Below, one piece after another: positions 31,496-41,830 of a stretch of DNA of 64,000 nucleotides (the first letter of the stretch is position 1; each line of letters starts with the position of its first letter). Source of the stretch: Gemmatimonadota bacterium (GTDB lineage: Bacteria > Gemmatimonadota > Gemmatimonadetes > Gemmatimonadales > Gemmatimonadaceae); the NCBI GenBank assembly GCA_040389905.1, contig JAZJZK010000027.1, positions 1 to 64,000 of the forward strand, given 5' to 3'. The notes beneath the pieces were generated by a model. It searched no databases. It was given only the letters and a program-made list of their open reading frames with translations, and was not told where the DNA came from. Position numbers and translations under genes: made by a program.

Positions 31496-32784
31496 TGTCG
31501 TCCTTTGCCGTGTACGCGACGACGTATGGTGTGAGGCTCGCAGCGCTTGCCGTCGGGCTTCTCACCAACATCGTCATCGCACGGTCACTTGGCCCTGCCG
31601 GCCGCGGCGACGTTTCGGCATTCATCGCCGCGGTGAGCGTGCTCGTTCAACTGACCGGGTTCGGACTCTCGTCGTCGAGCGTCGTGGAGCTCGGCGGTGA
31701 TCCGAAACGCGCCCGTCAAGTGGGAACCCTGCTGTTTCTGGCATCTCTGCTCGTGGTGCCGGTCGCCTTGGCCGGCGCCTTCCTGTTCGATCACTTTTCC
31801 GCGGTACGCATCGAGGGACCCACAGTCATCCTCGCGATCTTGTGGCCACTCACTCAGCTCCTGGGCCTCAATCTTCAGGCAGCCTTTCTCGGGGTGGGCA
31901 ACTACCGGTGGTTCAACGGCCTCGAACTCACGACGCGCCTACTCTGCCTTGCCGCGGTTTCCGCAGTGGTTGCATGGAGAACGCCCTCAACCCCACTGAT
32001 CCTGCTTGCCCTTTTCGGCGCAGAGACAGTGGTGGTACTTGCGGGAGTCGTCCACTTTGCAGGGCGCTGGGGTGCGGGACTTCCTGAGCAACCCCTGGTG
32101 CGTCGGATGGCGATGATGGGTTTCCGAGCGAGCCTGTCGCTCATTCCCGCGTATCTCATCGTTCGTGGGGACGTCGTACTCGTACGAATGTGGCGCGGTG
32201 CGGCGGAGACCGGATTGTATGCCATCGCAGGCCAGGTCGTGACGCTGATCTGGATGATTCCGGCCGCCGCCGCGCAGGTGCTGTTCAGCAGCATCGCGCG
32301 ATCGACGTCGCGCGCAGCCGACGTGGCGCGCGTGAGCGCCGCGATGGTGTGGATCCTCGGATTGGTGTGTGCGGGTGCCTTGGTCATGGGTGCCCCCGCC
32401 ATCCGGCTCGTGTTCGGACAGTCGTATTCCGGCGCGTTTCCGATGCTCGCCGTCCTCCTGCCAGGTGCCCTCGCGCTCGGAGTGGAGACAACACTCGTTC
32501 AATACTTCAATGCCGGCGGCTACCCACTTCGGATCGTGAGGTACTGGGCGCTGGCGCTTGGGCTCAACGTGTCGCTGAATGTCCTGCTGATTCCCCGCTG
32601 GGGCGCACTGGGTGCGGCTGCTTCTTCGACAGCTGGATATGTCCTGATTGCCGCACTTGTTGCGCTTCGCTTCCGCCATGAGACGGGGATCGGATTCCGG
32701 GAACTGCTGCGCTTTCCTCGCCTTGCCGCCGCTTCCACTGTGACTGCGGTGCAGGCGAAGTCCGTGACCGGAGCAGTACAGTGA
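31495..32784 (+). CDS. Wzx-type oligosaccharide flippase
   Basis: IARSLGPAGRG, GLYAIA, LIPRWGALGAA; many TMs. Confidence 0.85.
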   Translation: MSSFAVYATTYGVRLAALAVGLLTNIVIARSLGPAGRGDVSAFIAAVSVLVQLTGFGLSSSSVVELGGDPKRARQVGTLLFLASLLVVPVALAGAFLFDHFSAVRIEGPTVILAILWPLTQLLGLNLQAAFLGVGNYRWFNGLELTTRLLCLAAVSAVVAWRTPSTPLILLALFGAETVVVLAGVVHFAGRWGAGLPEQPLVRRMAMMGFRASLSLIPAYLIVRGDVVLVRMWRGAAETGLYAIAGQVVTLIWMIPAAAAQVLFSSIARSTSRAADVARVSAAMVWILGLVCAGALVMGAPAIRLVFGQSYSGAFPMLAVLLPGALALGVETTLVQYFNAGGYPLRIVRYWALALGLNVSLNVLLIPRWGALGAAASSTAGYVLIAALVALRFRHETGIGFRELLRFPRLAAASTVTAVQAKSVTGAVQ

Positions 32785-34499
32785 ACCTCGTCCTGTCGGT
32801 GCGAGACCTCGAGCACAAGCGAGTTGTGGCATTCGCGCGAGGGAACGGCGCGCGCGGTCTGTCCGCGGAACATTTCCGCAACATAGGCCCGCTGCGGGCA
32901 CTCCAAACCCTGCGCGACCGCGCCTACGACGAGGTGGTGATCTGCGGCACCTCTGAGGAGCTCGAGAACTATCTTGCCGCTCTCTCGGCGGCGTCGCTGG
33001 CAGTGAGTACTCGCGCGAGACGGTGGGAAGACATCACCACCGGGAAAACAGGCCCCCTCACGCGTCGTCGTATCCTGGGCGACATCGCCGGTATGATGCG
33101 CGGCACGGGAGACGGGCTGCTTGCCATTCGACGCAAGAAGCGCGAGGTAGAGGCGCTCACCGCAGGACCGCGCGTTGCGCCGGTGTGGAACGGACCTGCC
33201 GAGCGCATTCTCTACCTGAAGGGTGGTCCGTTCAGCAATGTGAAGGTCGGCGGCTCCGTTGGGCACGTGGCCGGCGTCGCCAACGCCATGACTCGGGCGA
33301 ATCTGGATGTTCGCATGCTCGCTGTCGCCCCGCAGATATCCGTCAGCGATGAAGTAGACATCGATATCGTGCCGCCGCCTGCAACCTGGGGGCTCCCGGT
33401 CGCGGTGAACGCCGTGCGCTATTCCGAAACCTTTCGTCTCGCGGCAGAAGCCGTCGCGCGCGCCTGGGCGCCTTGCCTTTCCTATCAACGATTCAGTCCG
33501 CAGGACCTTACCGGCGCTCACCTCAGGAAGATGGGCATACCGTGGGTCGTCGAGTACAACGGCTCGGAAGTGTGGGCGCAGCGAAACTGGGGGCGAGCCA
33601 GCGCATTCGAGTCACTCGCTCGTCGTGTGGAAGTGTCGGCGCTGAGGCTGGCCGACCTGGTCGTCGTCGTCTCCGAGCCGCTGAAACGCGAGGTGCTCGA
33701 GCTTGGCGTGCCGGAAGAGCGCGTGCTGTGCTACCCGAACTGCATCGATCCCGGGACATTCGATCCGGCGCGCTTCAGCGGTGAAGACATTGCGCGCCTT
33801 CGCGCGGAGTTTGGTATCGCACCCGATGACCTCGTGCTGACCTTCATCGGGACCTTCGGTGAGTGGCACGGGACCGACGTGCTGGCCGATGCGATACGCG
33901 ACCTGATAGATCGTGACGCGGAATGGATGCGGTCGAAGCGCATTCGCTTTCTGCTCGTGGGGTCGGGTCTGCGGCTGCAGTATGCGGTGGACCGGCTCTC
34001 GCAGCCCGGGGATGAGAAGTTCGTGCACTTCGCCGGTGTTCAGCCGCAGGCGCGAGCTCCGCTGATTCTCGCGGCATCGAACATTCTCCTATCTCCGCAC
34101 AAGCCCAATGACGACGGAAGCGCGTTTTTCGGGAGCCCGACCAAGTTCTTCGAGTATCTCGCGATGGCCCGGCTGGTCATCGCGTCGGACCTCGAGCAGA
34201 TCGGCGATGTGGCGCGCGGCTGGATTCCGCTCGCTCCGCGCCCGCAGGCAGGAGTGAAGTCCGACCTGATGATACTCGTGGAACCGGGATCTGTTGACGG
34301 CTTGAATCGAGGGATTCGCGAAGCGTGTGATATGCCGGCTGCCGAGCAAGAGAGAATGGCGCTGAGATGCCGTGACGTGGCGAACGCCCACTTTACATGG
34401 GACGCCAATGTGGCGTGTGTGCTGGAGAGACTTCAGGCCGTCACCGGTGCCCCGGACCATGCGACTCATGCAGGTGAGTTGTCGGGTGTGCACTCATGA
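32781..34499 (+). CDS. GT4 glycosyltransferase with N-terminal extension
   Basis: GGSVGHVAG, FIGTFGEWHG, SPTKFFEYLAMAR. Confidence 0.88.
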   Translation: MNLVLSVRDLEHKRVVAFARGNGARGLSAEHFRNIGPLRALQTLRDRAYDEVVICGTSEELENYLAALSAASLAVSTRARRWEDITTGKTGPLTRRRILGDIAGMMRGTGDGLLAIRRKKREVEALTAGPRVAPVWNGPAERILYLKGGPFSNVKVGGSVGHVAGVANAMTRANLDVRMLAVAPQISVSDEVDIDIVPPPATWGLPVAVNAVRYSETFRLAAEAVARAWAPCLSYQRFSPQDLTGAHLRKMGIPWVVEYNGSEVWAQRNWGRASAFESLARRVEVSALRLADLVVVVSEPLKREVLELGVPEERVLCYPNCIDPGTFDPARFSGEDIARLRAEFGIAPDDLVLTFIGTFGEWHGTDVLADAIRDLIDRDAEWMRSKRIRFLLVGSGLRLQYAVDRLSQPGDEKFVHFAGVQPQARAPLILAASNILLSPHKPNDDGSAFFGSPTKFFEYLAMARLVIASDLEQIGDVARGWIPLAPRPQAGVKSDLMILVEPGSVDGLNRGIREACDMPAAEQERMALRCRDVANAHFTWDANVACVLERLQAVTGAPDHATHAGELSGVHS

Positions 34500-35326
34500 G
34501 CGGACCGGTAACAGGAGACGCCGATCGGAAGTCGGCCGTACGCGATTTCTGGAACATGGAATCCTGCGGGGAGCGCTATGCCGTTGGCGCGGATGAAGCA
34601 GCGGCACTCAACGAGCAATCGGAGATTCGTTACGAATTGGAACCGTACCTCCGCTCCTTTGCTCGTTTCCACGACGGGCGCGGCCAGGACGTACTTGAAG
34701 TCGGGGTGGGGATGGGCGCGGATCATCTCGAATGGGCAAAGGAGAAGCCGCGTTCGCTGACCGGGGTCGATCTCACACCGCGCGCCATCGAATTCACGAG
34801 AGCTCGATTTGCGGCTGCCGGTCTTACCGCCAATGTTGAGCTGGCGGACGCCGAGCGGCTGCCATTTCCAGATGAGAGTTTCGACCTTGTGTACTCATGG
34901 GGCGTCCTGCATCACTCCCCGGATACGCAGCGGGCCGTCGACGAGGTGCGCCGTGTCTTGCGACCCGGTGGCAAGGCCCGGATCATGATCTATCACTCGC
35001 GATCGATTGTTGGAGCGGTGCTGTGGGTCCGATACGGACTCTTTGCCGGCGCTCCCTTCCGTTCCCTCTCGTCCATCTACGCCAGTCACCTGGAGAGCCC
35101 CGGGACGAAAGCGTACTCCCTGTCAGATGCGCAACGGCTCTTTGGCCGTTTCTCATCAGCGAAGATGGAGGTGTGCCAGGCGCCCTCTGACCTCCTGCTT
35201 CCCGGGATGGGGCGTCGGCACGAAGGTCCACTACTGACGCTCGCGCAGTTTGTCTGGCCGCGGCGCCTCATCCGGACCTTCGGCCGCGGCGTGGGCCTCT
35301 ACCTCATGATCGACGCGGTGAAGTAA
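34496..35326 (+). CDS. Class I SAM-dependent methyltransferase
   Basis: VLEVGVGMGAD, DAERLPFPDESFDLVYSWGVLHH. Confidence 0.9.
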   Translation: MSGPVTGDADRKSAVRDFWNMESCGERYAVGADEAAALNEQSEIRYELEPYLRSFARFHDGRGQDVLEVGVGMGADHLEWAKEKPRSLTGVDLTPRAIEFTRARFAAAGLTANVELADAERLPFPDESFDLVYSWGVLHHSPDTQRAVDEVRRVLRPGGKARIMIYHSRSIVGAVLWVRYGLFAGAPFRSLSSIYASHLESPGTKAYSLSDAQRLFGRFSSAKMEVCQAPSDLLLPGMGRRHEGPLLTLAQFVWPRRLIRTFGRGVGLYLMIDAVK

Positions 35327-35328
35327 GC

Positions 35329-36153
35329 CTACTTTTCGCAGAATGCGATCAGGTACCATCCAAAGTGGCGCGCGAGAAATGGGCGCATGAACGCCGGGAT
35401 GACCTTGAAGGCGCGTTGATCGGGCGTCAAGCCGAGATGGTCAACGGCCAGGCGGACGCTGGAGAAAGCAAAAAGCATTTTCCGAAAAGCCGCTCGCCCG
35501 TATCGCTTCACCAGCGGACGTGCGCCACGATCCGCGCTCTGTTCCTCGATCCGCCAGTACGCCGACTCGAGCGAATCGGAGCGCCACGATTTCTCCCGCA
35601 GCCAACGTGCAGCGAAGACCGCCGAGAAAACGGAGTGCCTGTGGTAGACCGCGAGGATTGCCTTGCCACCCGGCTTCAGCACACGGTAAATCTCGTTGAT
35701 CACATCCTGCGTACCGGGGGTGTGGTGGATCACCCCAAAACTGTACACCACATCGAACGTCGCATCCGGGAAGGGAAGCGTCTCCGCGTCGGCCAGGCGG
35801 AGGTCCGCCGGAATGCCCGCCAGCTCGAACCGCTTTCGCGCGAGGCGCTGGTGCGTCGGCGACAGGTCGACACCGGTGACCTTCGCGCCCCCTTTTGCGA
35901 ACTGCATCAGGTCCGTTCCTTGGCCATAGCCGATTTCCAGCACCGACTTCCCGCGATACCCGTCGTAACCCATCACCGTTTTCATCCACGGCGCATAGAT
36001 CTCGTACCGGTCCCGGTCGACGGCGGCGAAGTACTCGGCGGAGCCTTGCTCGAAGCCTGCGCCGCCCGCATAGCCACAGGCGTCGTCCGTCCATTGCTTT
36101 TGTGCTTCGGCCTTGAGCCCAGTGACCTTCGGGGCAGTCTCCGTGACGGGCAA
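35329..36153 (-). CDS. Class I SAM-dependent methyltransferase
   Basis: VLEIGYGQGTD, DAETLPFPDATFDVVYSFGVIHH; TTG start with GGAG upstream. Confidence 0.9.
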   Translation of the reverse strand: MPVTETAPKVTGLKAEAQKQWTDDACGYAGGAGFEQGSAEYFAAVDRDRYEIYAPWMKTVMGYDGYRGKSVLEIGYGQGTDLMQFAKGGAKVTGVDLSPTHQRLARKRFELAGIPADLRLADAETLPFPDATFDVVYSFGVIHHTPGTQDVINEIYRVLKPGGKAILAVYHRHSVFSAVFAARWLREKSWRSDSLESAYWRIEEQSADRGARPLVKRYGRAAFRKMLFAFSSVRLAVDHLGLTPDQRAFKVIPAFMRPFLARHFGWYLIAFCEK

Positions 36154-36420
36154 TCGATATCTCCAGATCAGACGCGTGAATGGCGTTTCAGCTATTCGGC
36201 ATGGCGCGTCACGGCGGTAGCTGGACGCGCTCCGGCGTTCGTACTACAAGCATCGTGCCCGCCTCAACAGCCATTCGAGTCGTGAACTTTCCCACGTTTC
36301 GGGATGGAGCAGCACCGCCTCGAGTGCTGCGCGCCGGCCTCTGGTCCGCCTGAGCTTGTCCAACGGCACATCTCTAGCAACGATGCCCAATGGAGCACTC
36401 CACGAAAAGCAACAACCTCA

Positions 36421-37257
36421 ATGCCCTCTTTGATGATCAATTCCGTGCGCTTGGCGAAATGGTATCTCTCCCTTCTTCCGGAAAGCCCCCCGGATTACTG
36501 GATGCACCGAGAGCCGATGGTCCGCGCGCGCATGGAATACGATGACGAGCGCTCGGCCGTCGGCTTCCATACGCTATTCACGATGGACCTTGCAAATAAG
36601 GACGTGCTCGACCTGGGATGCGGTTATGGCGGGCGCAGTGTCTACTTCAAGGAGCTCGGTGCGCGTCGCGTGGTAGCGATGGAAATCCGCGGGGAGATGA
36701 TCGATGAGGCGCTTGCGTTCGCCGCGGAGCGCGGCGTCACACTGGAGGGACTCGTTTCCGTTGGTGAGCAAATCGGACTTCCGCATGAAACAATTGACAT
36801 CATCACGTGCTACGACGTGTTCGAGCACGTTGAATCTGTCGCGGCGACGTTACAGGAGTGCTATCGTGTGCTCCGACCAGGCGGGATCGCGTACATCGTG
36901 TTTCCTCCATACCTCCATCCACTTGGCGGATCCCATCTTCACTCGTATCTATCGCGCTCACCTGCGCCCAACGCACTGTTCGGACGAGATACACTCTGGA
37001 CTGCGGTCCGCGAGCTGCTCATCGAGCGCGGAACCTTTGTCCCGGACAAGCGTCCCACTGATCCCCTTCCAGGGGTAAACGGAACAACCATCGCGCAATT
37101 CAGGAAGGCCTTGGCAGCGGTCCCATTCCGCGATGCGCAAGTCACGCTGCGACCTGTCAATGTTCCGCGACTAGGCGCCGTCGCAAGCGCGCTCTCGCGG
37201 ATCCCCGTCGTCCAGGAGGTCGCAGTCAGTCGGCTCCTTTGCGAACTGGCCAAATGA
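36421..37257 (+). CDS. Class I SAM-dependent methyltransferase (start uncertain)
   Basis: VLDLGCGYGG, DVFEHV, RVLRPGG. Confidence 0.87.
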   Translation: MPSLMINSVRLAKWYLSLLPESPPDYWMHREPMVRARMEYDDERSAVGFHTLFTMDLANKDVLDLGCGYGGRSVYFKELGARRVVAMEIRGEMIDEALAFAAERGVTLEGLVSVGEQIGLPHETIDIITCYDVFEHVESVAATLQECYRVLRPGGIAYIVFPPYLHPLGGSHLHSYLSRSPAPNALFGRDTLWTAVRELLIERGTFVPDKRPTDPLPGVNGTTIAQFRKALAAVPFRDAQVTLRPVNVPRLGAVASALSRIPVVQEVAVSRLLCELAK

Positions 37258-37284
37258 TTGTCTGGCCGTGCAATGAGCACCGCC

Positions 37285-38595
37285 TCAGATGTTCCGCGCC
37301 AGCCTGCTGGTCAGCGGATCCCAGCTGTGACTCCCGTCCTTCGTGATCAGTTCCACGACCGGGAGCGGAAAGATCATTCCTGTACCGGCATCGATCATCG
37401 GCTGCTCACGCTTCAGGAACTCGGTGCGGAAATGCCAGGGCAACACGAGATAGTAGTCCGGCTTCATCGCCCGTGACCGCTCCTCGGAGATGATGGGGAT
37501 ATTCGTGCCCAACGTGCGCGCCCCATCTTTGTCCGGATTGCGGTCGGCCGCGTAGGCGATGTGCGACTTATCCAACCCGCAGGCCTGAAGAATCGTGTTT
37601 CCCTTGGTCGACGCCCCATAGATGTGGATCGTCTTCCCCTGGTCGCGGAGGTGCGTGACCAGCGACGTCAGACTCCGCACGGCGTTCGAGACGCGTGCCT
37701 TGAACAACTCGTACGGCAGGTCTGTCTCAAGTTCGCGCTCGAATTCGCGGTGACGCAGGTCGGTCAGCTCTCGCCGAAACGTATCGTCGCCGACCGGATG
37801 GTCTTCCTCGTGCGTCACGAACACGCGGATGCTGCCGCCGTTGATGCTGTTCAACGCAGCGCGGCGAACCTTCATCCCTCCGGCGGCGACGATCCGCTCG
37901 ATCACGGCGAGACTGTAGTACTCGAGGTGCTCGTGGCAGATGGTGTCGTACGAATTGAGCTCCAGCGTGAGTGGCAAATATGCCACCTCGAAGATCCACA
38001 CACCGCCCGGCGCCAGCAATGCCTTGATGTTGCGCACAAAGTCAACCGGATCCTCGAGGTCGTAGAACATGGCGATCGACGTGACGATATCGAACGGCTG
38101 CTCTCCCGCCGCGCGCTGCAGGGTGCGTGACGGAAAGGTCTCCTGCACGACGTGCACGGTGGGCTCGCAGCCCAGCACCGCGTCGGACGGATCGCACCCG
38201 AACTGCACGACCTCTGCCGGGTAGTTGCGCAGCAGCGTCCCGTCGTTGCAGCCAATATCGAGCACGCGCAGCGGCGTGCGCCCCAACGTGGACATGGCAT
38301 CCGATACCACGCTGGCGAGGTGCCGGCGCATCGTTTCATTCGTGCCGGACCGGTACCAGTAGACCGAATAGAGGATTTCCGGTGGAACGCTGCACACCAT
38401 CTGCACCAGTCCGCACGCCTTTTCATCTCGGCTCGGATCGCAGCGCACCAGTGCTGTGGGAATGCGCCGCATTGGAGGCAACGGCTTTCCCTCCATCACA
38501 AAGGAGCCCTGGAGGTACTGCGGACCGAGGTCCAGCACCGGTGTCAACGCGGAGGATCCACAGGCGCGACACGTCGACCGAAAGGTCAGATGCAT
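37285..38595 (-). CDS. NDP-hexose C-methyltransferase family protein
   Basis: Zn motif CRAC...C...CGLVQ, LDIGCNDG, YDTICHEHLEYYS, YGASTKGNT. Confidence 0.87.
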   Translation of the reverse strand: MHLTFRSTCRACGSSALTPVLDLGPQYLQGSFVMEGKPLPPMRRIPTALVRCDPSRDEKACGLVQMVCSVPPEILYSVYWYRSGTNETMRRHLASVVSDAMSTLGRTPLRVLDIGCNDGTLLRNYPAEVVQFGCDPSDAVLGCEPTVHVVQETFPSRTLQRAAGEQPFDIVTSIAMFYDLEDPVDFVRNIKALLAPGGVWIFEVAYLPLTLELNSYDTICHEHLEYYSLAVIERIVAAGGMKVRRAALNSINGGSIRVFVTHEEDHPVGDDTFRRELTDLRHREFERELETDLPYELFKARVSNAVRSLTSLVTHLRDQGKTIHIYGASTKGNTILQACGLDKSHIAYAADRNPDKDGARTLGTNIPIISEERSRAMKPDYYLVLPWHFRTEFLKREQPMIDAGTGMIFPLPVVELITKDGSHSWDPLTSRLARNI

Positions 38596-38599
38596 GGTA

Positions 38600-39625
<1,026 letters not shown>

Positions 39626-39662
39626 AGTGCGAGAAACCGGGACTGGCGAGAGGGGCGAGATT

Positions 39663-40661
39663 CTAGTGATGGTGGAGGGCGTGCGTGTCGACGTACTCGA
39701 GCAGCTCATCCGACGAGACGGTGGCAGCGCCCAACTTTCCGACTTCGATGCCGGCGGCAACGTTCGAGATGTATGCTGCCTCAGCGGCGGACGCGCCGCT
39801 GGCCAGCATACACGCAAGGTAAGCCGTCACGGTGTCTCCAGCTCCCACGACATCGAACACTTCGCGCGCCACCGTCGGTGCACGGGTGATGGCACCGGCC
39901 TCGTCTACAAGAACCATCCCGTGCTCCCCCAGCGTCAAGAGCAGGTATTTCGCGCCGAGCCGCCGCACCGTGTGCGCGAGGGCGTCATGATGCTCCATGT
40001 CGACTTCCGCGCCCATCGCCGCCGCCAGTTCCCGGCGGTTCGGCTTGAAGATTGTCGCGCCCTGAAAGTGGAAAAAATGCCTGAACTTCGGATCGACGAC
40101 GATCGGGATGCCGCGCGCCATAGCGGCCTTGAGGCCCGCGTCGATGAGCGCTTCCGTCAGCACGCCCTTGTTGTAGTCCTCGAGCACGAGGGCGTCTGCA
40201 CCGTCAATTGCGGCGCGCGTATTGTCGATCAGCTGCCCAATTTCCGCACCGGTGAGCGGCGAGTCCTCTTCTTCGTCGATGCGGAGCAACTGCTGGGACC
40301 GCGCCACGATGCGCGTCTTCTGCGTCGTCACTCGGCCGACCGTGGCGACCTGATGGGTGAGGATTCCAGCCGCGCCCAGCATGCTCCGCAGGCGGCCCCC
40401 GCCCGAATCGGCGCCGAGCGCGGCCACGAGTGTACATTCGGCGCCGAGCGCGCGAACGTTTTGTGCCACGTTGGCGGCACCACCGAGCGCATAGTCTCGC
40501 TTCTTGACCCGGACGACAGGTACGGGCGCCTCTGGAGAGATACGCTCGACGTCGCCGGACACGTAGACGTCGAGCATCGCATCGCCAATCACAGCAATTC
40601 GTTGCCCGGCGGCTCTCTTGAGAAGTTCGACCAATCGGCCGCGGCTCGGGGCAGGTATCAT
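39663..40661 (-). CDS. rfaE1: D-glycero-D-manno-heptose-7-phosphate kinase (PfkB family, stand-alone)
   Basis: [34 protein letters not shown]; start uncertain. Confidence 0.9.
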   Translation of the reverse strand: MIPAPSRGRLVELLKRAAGQRIAVIGDAMLDVYVSGDVERISPEAPVPVVRVKKRDYALGGAANVAQNVRALGAECTLVAALGADSGGGRLRSMLGAAGILTHQVATVGRVTTQKTRIVARSQQLLRIDEEEDSPLTGAEIGQLIDNTRAAIDGADALVLEDYNKGVLTEALIDAGLKAAMARGIPIVVDPKFRHFFHFQGATIFKPNRRELAAAMGAEVDMEHHDALAHTVRRLGAKYLLLTLGEHGMVLVDEAGAITRAPTVAREVFDVVGAGDTVTAYLACMLASGASAAEAAYISNVAAGIEVGKLGAATVSSDELLEYVDTHALHHH

Positions 40662-40781
40662 CGTTGCGCTGAACCTAGAGATCTTGTCGAGGGCGGTCAA
40701 CGTGGATGAGGGCGTTGCCACCGCCATTCTTAGCGCTTTTCGGGCTAGGCGCGCCCGAGGCGCACGTTCACATTACACGCA

Positions 40782-41822
40782 ATGATCGCTGTCGTGACCG
40801 GTTCGTCAGGGTTCATCGGGTCGCACCTCGTCGAGGCGCTGCTCGCGCGCGGCGCGTCGGTGCGTGCGCTGCTGAGGCCGGATTCGGTCACGGGCCATCG
40901 TGATCCTCGTGTGAAATGCTGGCACGCGGACCTCCTCGACGACCGTTCAGTCCGCGAATCGGAGGTATGGCGTGGGGCAACGCACGTCTTCCACGTGGGT
41001 GGCGTGACGAAGGCCAGAACGCTCGCGCAGTTTCGGGACGGCAACACCATTCCCACGGCGAATATTCTCGCCGCGCTGTCGGCGCGTCCGTCGGGGAGCG
41101 TGCGTTTCATTCTCGTGTCATCGCAGGCGGCGGCAGGGCCCGCCGAGTCACCAGACCGGCCGGTGACCGAGGACGATGAGCGGAAGCCGATCGAAGCCTA
41201 CGGGCGGAGCAAGGGCGAAGCGGAAGACGTCACGACGCGATATTCACAATCCATCCCGGTCACGATCCTGCGGCCTGGTGCGGTCTATGGTCCGCGAGAT
41301 GTCGATTTCCTGAATGTGTTCAAGCAGGCAGTGAATCGCGTCGCATTTCATGCAGCGTCGCGCGAGCAGGCGATGTCCGTCGTGTACGTGCGCGACCTGG
41401 TGGAGGCGATACTCATCGCGGCAAATGCACGCGCGGCCGTCGGTCGAACCTATTTCGTGGCGGGCGAGGCGCCTGTGACGTGGGGTCAGATCTACGCACT
41501 GGTCGCGGGTTTTGCGGGCGTTCAGCCGATCGAACTGCAACTTCCTGCCGCAGCGTTGTGGCTCGCCGGTCAGGCCGGAAGCTTGCTTAGTCTCCTCACG
41601 GGCAAGGGTCTGCTCGTGAACGCGAACAAGATGGCACTGGCGCGCCCGAAGTGGTGGCTCTGCGATTCCTCGCGCATTCGCCGAGAACTCGGTTGGTCGG
41701 ACGCGGTCAGCCTACAGCAGGGCATTCTCGAGACGTATCTTTGGTACGTGAATGCTGGATGGCTTCGTCCGGCCGCGGGCGGCACGTCCAGGAACGCAGC
41801 GAACTCGGAGGAATCTGTCTGA
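40782..41822 (+). CDS. Extended SDR / NAD-dependent epimerase-dehydratase; candidate 3-keto reductase of the lipid locus
   Basis: TGSSGFIGS, YGRSK; 8 nt upstream of the fusion gene. Confidence 0.85.
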   Translation: MIAVVTGSSGFIGSHLVEALLARGASVRALLRPDSVTGHRDPRVKCWHADLLDDRSVRESEVWRGATHVFHVGGVTKARTLAQFRDGNTIPTANILAALSARPSGSVRFILVSSQAAAGPAESPDRPVTEDDERKPIEAYGRSKGEAEDVTTRYSQSIPVTILRPGAVYGPRDVDFLNVFKQAVNRVAFHAASREQAMSVVYVRDLVEAILIAANARAAVGRTYFVAGEAPVTWGQIYALVAGFAGVQPIELQLPAAALWLAGQAGSLLSLLTGKGLLVNANKMALARPKWWLCDSSRIRRELGWSDAVSLQQGILETYLWYVNAGWLRPAAGGTSRNAANSEESV

Positions 41823-41830
41823 GCACGACG

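Noticed and set aside
36213..36224. ops/JUMPstart-like GGCGGTAGC in a polysaccharide spacer
   Set aside because: Imperfect match, not at the head of a long operon, and likely by chance in GC-rich DNA
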